From assembly GCA_045837725.1 (NCBI GenBank), contig JBEWZL010000236.1, positions 62,001-126,000 of the forward strand: a stretch of 64,000 nt of DNA, written 5' to 3'. The DNA comes from Vermamoeba vermiformis (lineage: Eukaryota). Of the stretch, positions 20,676-31,640 are shown piece by piece. Position 1 is the stretch's first letter; each line of letters opens with the position of its first letter. A program made the translations under genes and the position numbers. Under the pieces are notes generated by a model, which made no database searches, was not told where the DNA came from, and saw only the letters and a list, made by a program, of their open reading frames with translations.

Positions 20676-23600
20676 TTAATCCATGTCGACGTCGTCGGGA
20701 TTGAACGAGTCGACAGAAGTGGTGCTCTTCTGATCCTCAGCCACTTCTTCTTCGGGCTCAGGCTCTTCACTGCGCGGCGTCTCTTGTGGCGAGTCATTGT
20801 GCTCAGAGTGACCGCCTTCAGCTTGTTCGCGAGCCAGTTCTTCGGCCAAGAGTCGCTCCTCCTCTTCGAGCAAGCGATCCTCTTCCTCTTTCTTTTTGCG
20901 CTCCTCTTCTTCGAGCAGACGTCGTTCCTCTTCGAGTAGACGTTCTTCTTCGAGGCGATGGGCATCCTCTTCTTCACGTCTCAAGCGCTCCTCCTCTTCG
21001 AGCAGACGGCGCTCTTCTTCAAGTAAGCGCTCTTCCTCTTCTTTGCGCTTGCGTTCGTCCTCTTCCAACAACAGGCGCTCTTCTTCGAGCAATTTCTCTT
21101 CCTCTTCTTTGCGCTTGCGCTCCTCTTCTTCGAGCAACCGTTGCTCCTCGGCAAGCAACCGATCCTCTTCTTCTTTCTTTTTGCGCTCTTCCTCTTCCAG
21201 AATACGTTGTTCTTCAGCCAACAAGCGTTCTTCTTCGAGTCGCTTGGCTTCTTCAGCTAACAAGCGATCTTCTTCCTCTTTTTTCTTGCGCTCTTCTTCG
21301 GCAGCAAGTTTATCAGCCTCCTCTTTCTTCTTGCGCTCCTCTTCTTCGGCAGCGAGTTTATCAGCTTCCTCCTTTTGTTTTTGAGCTTCCTCAGCGGCCA
21401 ACTTGTCCGCCTCTTCTTTTTTCTTTCGTTCTTCTTCTTCAGCTAACAAGCGATCTTCTTCCTCTTTCTTTTTGCGCTCTTCCTCTTCGACCGCAAGCTT
21501 GTCGGTCTCTTCTTTCTTCTTGCGCTCCTCCTCTTTCTTCTTGCGCTCTTCCTCTTCGGCTGCAAGTTTATCGGCTTCCTCTTTTTGTTTTTGAGCCTCT
21601 TCGGCGGCAAGCTTGTCAGCCTCCTCTTTCTTCTTGGCTTCTTCAGCGGCCAATTGATCTGCTTCCTCTTTTTTCTTGCGCTCTGCTTCCTCAGCTGCAA
21701 TCTTGTCAGCTTCTTCTTTCTTCTTGGCTTCTTCAGCCAAACGCGCTTCTTCTTCTTCTTTCTTTTTGGCCTCTTCTTCTTTACGTTGTTGAGCGCGAAG
21801 TTTCTTAAGCTGTGTCTTGCTCATGGGTTTGGCAGGCTCAGCGCTCTTAGTCGCTTCTTCTTGTTTCTTCTTCTCTTCTTCAGCCGCAATGCGCTCAGCC
21901 TCCTCTTTCTTTTTGCGCTCTTCCTCTTCGGCTGCAAGCTTGTCGGCTTCTTCCTTCTGCCTTTGAGCTTCTTCAGCAGCCAATTTATCAGCCTCCTCTT
22001 TCTTCTTGCGCTCCTCTTCTTCGGCAGCGAGTTTATCGGCTTCTTCTTTTTGTTTTTGAGCCTCTTCAGCAGCAAGCTTGTCAGCCTCCTCTTTCTTCTT
22101 GCGTTCTTCCTCTTCGGCCGCAAGCTTGTTGGCCTCTTCTTCTTTCTTTTTGGCCTCCTCTTCGGCTAACAAGCGATCTTCTTCCTCTTTCTTTTTGCGC
22201 TCTTCCTCTTCGACCGCAAGCTTGTCGGCTTGTTCCTTCTGCTTTTGAGCTTCTTCAGCGGCCAATTTGTCAGCCTCTTCTTTCTTTTGGCGCTCTTCCT
22301 CTTCAAGCAAACGTCGCTCTTCTTCAAGCAATCTCTCCTCTTCAAGTTTCTTCTGACGTTCCTCTTCTTCGAGGAGACGACGTTCCTCTTCGAGAAGACG
22401 TTCTTCTTCGAGACGTTTTTCTTCCTCTTCACGTCTCAAGCGCTCCTCCTCTTCGAGCAGAAGGCGCTCTTCTTCAAGCAAGCGCTCTTCCTCTTCTTTG
22501 CGCTTGCGTTCCTCTTCTTCAAAGAGTCTACGCTCTTCTTCGAGCAATCGGTCCTCTTCCTCTTTGCGCTTGCGCTCCTCTTCTTCCAAGAGGCGTTGTT
22601 CATCATCAACCGTGTGATCCGCTTCCTCTTTCTTTTTGCGCGCTTCTTCCTCGCGCTTGAGGCGGTCTTCTTCTTCCAATTGATGCATAATCTCTTCGTC
22701 ATCCAGATCGTCGACATCTTTCTTTGTGCCGTTCTCTTTGGCGTTATTTCTAGCCTCTTCTTCTTCGAGTTCGCGCAGTAACTCCTCATCGGTGGGCTCC
22801 TCTTGAGGGCGCTTTCTTTGTGCCTCCATGCGAGCCAAGGCCTCTTCCTCTTCACGAATAAGGCGCTCCTCTTCCTCGCGCCACTTTTCTGCCTCAAGGC
22901 GCTCGCGTTCACGACGTTGAGCCTCTTGTCTCTCACGCTCGGCAGCAAGACGCATTTCTTCTTCTTCACGCAACAATTGTTCTTCAATCTCTTCGTCGGT
23001 TAACTCGCGCTGTCTAATTGGAGCGACTACTTGGACAGGTTCTGTGAAGAGTTAGCCGTGTTGTATTAGAATGCAAGAGCTAAATACCTGACAAATCGTT
23101 TTCGCCTTCAGTATCGTGTTGGCGAGCACGAAGACCAGTGCCGGCAGTTGTCGGCTTCAACGTTGGCTTGTCTGCCTTGCCGAAGGTACCAGTGGCGTCA
23201 ATGAAAGCACGGCGAGGGCCAGGCTTCCAAGGATTAGCGGCCACTTGTTGCGTCATTTGCTCGATCACAGCTTCGTCCCAGGTGCGTTGATAATCAAAAG
23301 TCATTTGTTCACGCACGCGAGAGTGACGAATCTTGTCCTCTTCAGCGTCTTTCTCTTCACGAGCCAAACGCTCTTCATATCGATCGCGCAAGCGAGTCAA
23401 TCGCTCGCCAATCAATTTCTCCTCGCGCTGTTGTCGCTTGTGATTCAAATCGTCCCAGCGATTCATTCTGACGCGCAATCGACGCTCCATCTCTTCGGTA
23501 CGTCGCTTCATGCGCTCTTCAAATCGTTCTTTCTGTTTAATATACCCAGATTAGTATACAATCGTCAGCGACCAATTATACGCGTACTAATTGTTGAGTC

Positions 23601-24885
23601 TTTTCAATGCGGGTCTTCAAGCGCTGTTGCTGCTCTTTGATGAAATCTTCAATTTCACGCTGACACATCTGTGACTCGCGCTCAAGTCGGTGCAAGAACT
23701 CGTCGTGTGCTGCGCTTTTTTCGCGCACTTTTTTCTCGTCATCTTTCCAGTACTTGTCCCATTCCTTCTTGCCCTCTTTGAACTCGCGATCGGACTCGTT
23801 AAACTCTTCTTCAAATTGACGTTGTCTTTGTTGCAATATTCTCTCGTAGTTTACGTCTAATACAAGTTATGTTATTCAATCGTATTTAATAGGTGCAGGA
23901 GATTTTTGTTGCGTGAAATTTCAGATCAACTGAAAATTTAAATTCGATACAAGTTTATATGGCGCGCTATTTACGCAAGAATTTGATTTAAATAATTTTC
24001 CAAATAATAATCCCATTATATTTTAATTTTAGGATATTTACCTGCGTCGTACAGGCCGATGACAGAAGATCCGCCTCTGCTACTTCCAGCAGCTCCTGCC
24101 GCACCAGCAGCACGCGATTTTGGAGCAGCACGAAGAATTTGCTTCAATTTGCGCGCACTGGGCATGGCACTGGTACCCGTCGCACCCTTGCTGCTAGATG
24201 TCGCAGCGGTTGAACGGGTAGAGCTGTATTTAGAGTCTAAAATTGAAGTCCTCTTAGTGTCACTGGTACTTGATGAATATTTAGAGGTTGTAGTATCGGT
24301 CAGTCGTGAAGGACGCGAAGTTGCTACATCTGAATATCTTGATCTTGACGAGCTTCTAGATGATCGAGAACTAACGCTATCGTCACTATTATCAGATGTA
24401 GTAGAGCGTGGTGATGCAGCAGGTGATGCAGCGGGGGAGCTGTCCTTTACACTGCTGGTATCCAACGTGATTCGACTTTTTCGTGTAGACACATTGTCAT
24501 CAGATTTATCTGCATCATATCGCGAGCTGCTCGGTGAATATTTAGAGGTGTAACTGCTAGTAGAGGGTCTATCTAAGTAAGAGCGCGTGCTGCTAGAAGT
24601 TGAAGGTCTACTGCTGTAATCTGAAGTTCTCGTGCCACCAAGACTTGCTCTAGAAGTATAGGAGCTGCTGCTCGATGAATATGAGCTGGTAGAGGTGCTA
24701 GGGGTGTAAGAAGAGCCAGTCGTGGTGCTGGAACGAGTGCTCGAGTAAGATGGCGTGTAGGACGTTGAAGTGCCGCCGAGTGATGCTCGAGGCTTGTAGG
24801 ATGAGGACGAGGTATATGACGAGGTACTGCTCGTACTGGAGGTGTACCTGCTACCCGTCTCCGTCCTTCTGTTTGAGTCACTCAT
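20676..24885 (-). CDS. Very large uncharacterised protein: Ser/Thr/Tyr-rich N-terminus, coiled coil, ~750-aa ER/K-rich helical tail (4 exons)
   Basis: ORFs 24016-24954, 23576-23836, 23080-23511 and 20676-22976 are on the same strand with GT-AG boundaries between them. Start inferred at MSDSNRR (24885). Confidence 0.7.
20830..22980 (-). repeat. Coding tandem repeats (RLLEEE-RKRKEEE and ADKLAAEEE-RKKKEE units)
   Basis: Degenerate TCT/TTC-rich repeats on the + strand, with near-identical ~60-bp blocks, e.g. ~21442-21505 versus ~22165-22228. Confidence 0.85.
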
Positions 24886-25031
24886 GCGTGCTCTGCTCAA
24901 CAGAAAAATAAATAAAATAATAAAATTCAATTTCAAAATCTCTCTTGAGCACAACCGTCAATCGGAACAATTGCTTATTGATTATATACATCATATCCAT
25001 GAAAGCTCACTAAGGACACATAATAAACATC

Positions 25032-28000
25032 ATGTCGATAGATGCAAATGATTCGCTGGTCGTAGATGACACCGAATCCACACTGTACCAAACAATTGCA
25101 GTTAAATATCAAAAAGCAATTAATTCACTTGCAGTTGATTGTACTGGTCAATATGCTGCGCTTGGAGGGTAAGAAAAATACTAGCAAAAATTAGTAAAAA
25201 TTGCTCAATAATTTCAAACAAATTCTGAGAGGCAATTATAACACCCTTACTACGGTTAATCGCTGTAATATCGATGAATAATATTAATACTATTCTTTAA
25301 ATAGAAAAAAAGGAATATACATTATAGATCTCGAAGAGCCTTGGGAGACATCCAAGACCCTCTATCAGAAAGGCAAGTGGGAGATATCAGTCGCGCAGTG
25401 GAATCCTCATCCGAGCAAGGCAAGTTGGATTGCGAGTGGCGCGGGCAACGACTTGCTCATTTGGAACTTGGAAGATCGACGCTCGGCGCTGCAAGGCATT
25501 GTACAAGCACATCAACGCGCAGTCGCAGACATCAATTGGAGTGTATTTGAGCCGAATATACTCGCATCCTGTTCCGCTGACACCTATATCAATGTGTGGG
25601 ACGTGCGAGACACGAAGAGCTGTTTGAAGATGCGATCCTTTTGCGCATGGACCGGTACGTGAGTGAAGTATAGGCACGCGCGTACTAACAAGTAGTGTAC
25701 TAGTGGGGGCATCACAAGTGCGCTGGAACAGATACAATCCGAGTCTATTGGCCTCTGCACACGACGGTGAAGTGCGGATCTGGGACATTCGCGTGAGTAG
25801 TACTCGACTCGAGATAATACAACACCGTTATTATGCACGCATTAACTCATTAACACATACACTAGCGCGAGGCAGCACCGATGGTCACCATCACCGCGCA
25901 CATGAGCAAGATCACGGGCATTGATTGGAGCTATCAGTCCGAGCACGAACTGCTCTCGTGCAGTCAAGACAAAACTGTCAAAGTGAGTGCTGTACCGCGC
26001 ATGACACCTGTCAACATGTCAATATGCGCAAGTGTCACTAACAGCTATTGTTGCTAGTTTTGGAATATTCGCACGCCAAATGTCTGTCAACAAACGCTGC
26101 AGACTGGCACACCTGTCGCACGAGCACGTTACACGGTACGTACATTCCTTATTAGGCAATAGTGGTCACGTGACAGCACTGACACCAGTCGCAGCCATTC
26201 GGCAAGGGAGTGATTACGATGGCTCAGCGCAGTGACTTCACGCTGCGACTGTGGGCCCTGAAAGATTTGAGCGCGCCCGTGCACTGCTTCATGGGCCACA
26301 CGGACATTGTGCAGGCCTTTGACTGGCGCGCAGTGGACCGACAAGAGGGCGATCTGTTCCACCAGCGCGACTACCAGCTCATCACCTGGGCCAAGGACTT
26401 GCATCTGCGGCTGTGGTCGATTGAGCCCGAGGTGTTGGACGAGATGGACGACAATCCCTCCAACACTCCGCGCAGCACGTCTGCGAGTGGCACTGCGCAC
26501 ATGAAGCAGAACGCCTTCAACTTGCTCGACGACCCCAACCTGATCACCAACTTTGAGCAAGAGCTGACGTACTTGGAGCAGAAACAGATCCCCAACATCA
26601 CCATTGAGGACGTCAATCTCGCCACGCGTGTGGTCACAGTGCTCATTCGTGTCGACATGCGCATCGTGCAGCTGCGCGTCGTGTTCCCCTCGCACTACCC
26701 CAACGGTGCCGCGCCGTCATTTGAGTTCTTGAACCTGACTTCGCTCACACACCGCGACAAGACCAAGCTCAAAGAGATACTCAGCGAGACTGCCAATCAC
26801 TACTGCGAGCGCAATCGACCCTGTTTTGAGGCCTGTTTGCGCCAAGCAGCTGTAGCGCTCAAGTCCGGTGAGATTGGCGGTGGCTTGGAGAGCGACGGAC
26901 TGACGCGCAGTTCACCGACACCTCTTTCACTGAACAGCGGTGGTGGCACACTCGAGGGACCGCTCATCATGCCCGACTTCACCAACACCATCAATCCAGC
27001 CCCTCCACCACGCACCACGAGCCCTGCTACAGCGGTGGACAGCAGTGACATGCGCGTGCCTTATCCGCGCACCTGTTCAGCGGTGTGGAGCGGCACTTCC
27101 AAGCTCGTGGTGTGGTTCAATCGCACGGCATTGCTCGGCAAGACAATGGCTGATTACAAGCGCAAGTTCGGCAGTGCTCCTGAAGTGACACGTGACAGCA
27201 AGCCACGTGATGTCATTTCAATCGCCAAGTACTTTTTTGGCACGGGCGACAATGATCTGTTGGCAGGAGATCACTTGATGAGCGACAATGTGCACGATCA
27301 CGTGGACATTGACTATTTTGGACCGAGCTTGAACATGCGAGGGCAGTCGAGTCTCAGCTCACTCAGCACGGCCAAGACATCGCGCGACCAGCTGGCCCTG
27401 GTGAGTGTGCGCGACATGTCAGCGTACATGCCGCTCTCAGAACACCTCGGCATTCACTACACGGTCAACTTCGACAAACAACTGCCCACACAGCTCTCAC
27501 GTCGCGAACAACTGTGTCACATCTGCGCACTCAACGCACAAGCAGCGCACAAAGTGGGCCGAGAAGATCTCGTGCAGACCTGGCACCTGATGAGTCACGT
27601 GATCGATCCCAAAGTGTACAAGACTCCGAACACGAGCAGGGACCGTGCCATGATGGTGATGCAAAACAACACAGCGGTAGTGCTGCCCTGGCCCCTGCAC
27701 CCCTTTGGTCGACACTTGGTGCTGAACATTCTGCGGCACTACGAACAGATGCGTGATGTGCAGACCCTCGCCATGATCAGCTGCGTGCTCGAACTCGCCT
27801 TCACACACCTCGCGGCGAGTGTTGAGAGTCCTGCCGCCGCTGAACACGAGCCTGCACAGCCCTCGCGTGCCAATGCCCCCAACACCCCCACGGTGAAGAT
27901 GAGCTCCACCACTACCTCGCTGATTGCAGACTACTTCAGCTTCTTCACGCAGAAGCAGCCGAGTCCCAAGCCCAAGTCCCACAACAACAACAACACTGCG

Positions 28001-28684
28001 ACACCTCCGCCCCCCTCGCAGTACAACAGCATGGCACAGCTGCCCGATGTCAGCAAGATCTCTGCCTCGCCGCGCGTGCCCAGCAAGAACTCGTGGTCCT
28101 TGCTAGAGCCGAGCAACACCGCGGCATATCATCAGTACCGCAAGTGCTACGCCGATGTGTTGTATCGCTGGGGACTGCTCAATGCACGCGCGTCAGTGCT
28201 CAAGTACGTCGAAGAGGCCTCAGAGTCGCACCAAGGCATTGGTACGTGTCAATCCATGCGTGACAGGTGTCATAATCATCAAGGGGTCATCCACTTACTG
28301 ACACTCGTCTTTGACAGATTTTGACATTTTGTGTCGTCACTGTGGCCGTGCCGTGAGCAGTCCGAATTGTCCGCACTGCAAGAAGAGTGCCATGACCTGC
28401 GCACTGTGTCACTTGCCTGTCAAAGGTCTGTTGCCGCACACACATATGACAAGCTGTGTATTCACCGTGTAATTTTCAGGTCTCTCGAGCTTCTGTTTGA
28501 CATGCGGACACGGCGGACACAGCCACCACATGCAGGACTGGTTCCGCACTGAGTCACTCTGTCCCTCGGGCTGCGGCTGTGCTTGTACGTACTCACCTGA
28601 TGTATTCGGCGCTGGTGCCACTCACTTATTTCCTTATTAGGTAAAGAGAATAATATGGCCCTCGCCACGGAAGATGACTTTTAA
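25032..28684 (+). CDS. WDR59: GATOR2/SEACAT subunit WDR59 (WD40, RWD, C-terminal RING-like zinc finger)
   Basis: WD repeats (ASQVRWNR..LASAHDGEVRIWD), RWD FPSHYP, RVPYPRTC, WPLHPFGR, DVQTLAMISC, YADVLYRWGL, and C-terminal CGHGGH..H..WF..CPSGCGC. The last exon is inferred. Confidence 0.93.
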
Positions 28685-28716
28685 CTTGTAAATACCTTTA
28701 TGTACAATAAACGCGT

Positions 28717-30090
28717 TTAATACAACATGCCGAGCAGCAGTGCGAGCCAGATCATCATTCCCGTGAAGTGATTGGCGCGAAATTTCACTGCGCAGTCAGG
28801 ACCGTCGTTGATGTCTAGAGTGCGGATCTGCCAGTACAAATGTGCTGCTACTGGCACCAGCGCAAAGTAATATACTGGATTCAATTCGTGTACGACTCCG
28901 GTAATAGTGAGTGCAGTCATCATCAGTGCAGCAAAGCCAGTGAACCATTGCTTGGATTCGGATCCGAATCTGAGTGCCGTGCTTTTGACGCCAATCAACT
29001 GATCGTCTGCCTTATCTTGGTGCGCATAGATAGTGTCGTAGATGAGAGTCCATGCCACACCTGCCATGTAGGGCCAGATGACAGGAGTGAGTGCGCGGAA
29101 CAACTCGTTCAGTGAATGGAAGTCAGCCAGGGCCACCGACCAGCCCAGCAACACTCCCCAATTGAATGCGAGACCTAGCACGAGCTGCGGCCAATACGAC
29201 ACTCGTTTGATCGCGGGGTAGATGATGACGAGCGGTGCTGACAGCAATCCCACTGATCACGTGACTGTCAATTCACTGAATGACATCAAAAGAATTCAGT
29301 CCACTCACCGATGATGGCACTCGTCGGCAGCTGCAACAACACCGCGAGACTAGCTAGGCCCGAGACAAGCAGTGCAGCAGCAGCGCCAGTCATCGTCACT
29401 GCACCACTCGCCAGGGGTCTGGATCGAGTGCGCGTCACTAGCCGATCAAAGTTGCGGTCCCACATGTCGTTGATAATCTGCGAGAGGAGTCAGCGCGGTG
29501 CTGCGATGCAACAATATGACTCACACAGCCAGCTCCTCGTGCCAACACAGCACCAGTCAAAAACAATGCGAGTGTGTACAAGTAGTGCGGGATCTGCTCG
29601 GGATGACTGAGACTCGGTCCTAGTGCTAGTGTGATGCCCCATGTGCAGGGCCAGTATAGCAACCACACTCCGATGGGCTTGTCTAGCCGCAACAGTCGTC
29701 TGTGTTGTTATTAGTATGAATGGTCAAGCTGAATGACACGTACAAATAGGGTTGCAGTGCAGCAGGGGCATGAGTCACTATATAACCAAATAGGCCCTCA
29801 CTTGCGCGCGCTTTTTCAGCGGTCGTTTGAAAGTACTGCGCGACTTCTCGAGCAAACCTGCGCGGCAAGCTGTTGTGAACTGGATCTGCTTCGCTCGAAT
29901 TATTTTTTGGAGCTGTACAATACTTGTAGGAGTTGATAAATATTTGTGGACTATTAATTATAATGGACTTTCTATTTTTTGTCAAGTTGTAAAAGAGGGA
30001 TCTGGATCCGGTGGTTTTGAAAGCTCTGGCATTGGTCAATACAGTCGAATGTAATATTGAACTGCGCGTTACTCGAGTGATGTGCCACAT
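28717..30090 (-). CDS. COQ2: 4-hydroxybenzoate polyprenyltransferase, mitochondrial
   Basis: [74 protein letters not shown]. Presequence begins [11 protein letters not shown]. Confidence 0.96.
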
Positions 30091-30201
30091 GTGTAGTGGC
30101 GCATGGTACGTAGTGAGAACAATGAGTGCGGTGAGTTTAGCTAGCCGTTTTCTGTCAAAAAAATCACGGAACCCAGTGAACATCACCAGCACAATCGTAA
30201 C

Positions 30202-31428
30202 ATGTTTATAGTGCAGAGCATTACAAGGCAGTGTGCTATTATTAATACCGCGAGATCTTATTTAATGTCTGCTTCGTACAGCACCAAGCGCAGCGCTGAA
30301 GAAGAGCCGCCTTTGAAAAGGCTCAAGTCAACCGATACCTCCGCCAGTGATAATCGCACAACAATAACAACACCGCGAATAATTCTGCACCTCCTCCTTC
30401 AGCTGAATTATCACTAGAGGCGAAAAAGAAAATTGAACAAAGTCGGATTGCAGCACTGACACGCCGCTATTCTGCACAGCTCAAAGATGAGTCGTGGAAA
30501 AATGTCCTAAAAGAAGGTGAATGATAATTTCATTAATAATTCTAATCGGCAATATTTAGAGTTTGAGAAGCCTTATTTTTCAGAGCTTATCCAGTTTTTG
30601 GACAATGAAAAGAAGCAATCAAAGGTGATCTTACCAGCGGAAGGAGATGTATTTAACGCATTCAATTACTGTCCATTCGATAAGACTAAAGTAGTGATCA
30701 TTGGCCAAGGTATTCAATTTGAATTTTGTCGTGATTTTGGCGGCAACAGATCGTAATGCACGAGAATTAACCCTGCGCTTTAGACCCTTATCACGGCTTA
30801 GGACAGGCACACGGACTTTCATTTTCAGTACAATACGGCATTGCCACACCTCCTAGTCTGCAGAACATCTACAAAGAGCTCGCGAGTGACGCAGTGAATC
30901 CACCATTCGTGGTGCCCAATCACGGCAATCTCACGCAATGGGCGACACGCGGTGTGTTGCTGCTCAATGCTGTGCTCACGGTGCAGCTCAAAACCGCTAA
31001 TGCGCATCAGGGCAAAGGTAGCTATTGTTGCGTCGTGCGAGCCACTGACTGACACGTGTCATTTGCAGGCTGGGAGAACTTCACCGATGCAGCGATCAAA
31101 CAGCTCTCAGCACAGCGCACAGGACTCGTGTTTTTGTTGTGGGGAAAATTCGCGCAAGCCAAGGCCTCACTGATCGATGCCAAGGTACCTTAAACTGTCA
31201 TTGCCTTATTTGGAGCTCAGTCACTGATCTGTCGCACAGAAACATCACGTGCTCAAAGCAGGGCACCCCTCGCCCTATTCAGAGCGCTTGTTCTTCGGCT
31301 GCAAACACTTTTCCAAAGCCAACCAGTTGCTGCGCGAGGCAGGCATGGATCCAATTGATTGGCGACTGGACCCTGCACCACAGACCCCCTCCTCGCCACA
31401 AAAGAAGCGAACTTACTCGCAGGTGTAA
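30202..31428 (+). CDS. UNG: Family-1 uracil-DNA glycosylase
   Basis: [67 protein letters not shown]. The first intron (30347-30402) is inferred. Confidence 0.95.
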
Positions 31429-31640
31429 TGATGTTCTGTAAATAGGAAAAATGATGTGGATCACATCTGCTTCGGCGCTTTTAATTGCTGTTGTCGTCCG
31501 TTATTCATCCAAACAACATTAATACAATGTGATTCAAAGGTGTTTATGTTAGGCTGGCTCGTGTTCCCTCTTTAATTCCGAGAACAGCTTTGGCAGCGCG
31601 ACATTTGATCTGACCACCACAATTGCATATTTCAATTTTA

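Noticed and set aside
20670-23003. Long + strand Ser/Phe/Leu-rich ORFs (likewise antisense ORFs over CLASP, RRP12, eIF3c and Alba)
   Set aside because: They are antisense shadows of repetitive or GC-balanced coding sequence with no independent motifs.
30340-30417. Apparent frameshift or premature stop in the UNG 5' region
   Set aside because: A 56-nt GT-AG intron (30347-30402) restores the frame. A 1-nt sequencing deletion is an alternative. Neither implies a pseudogene.
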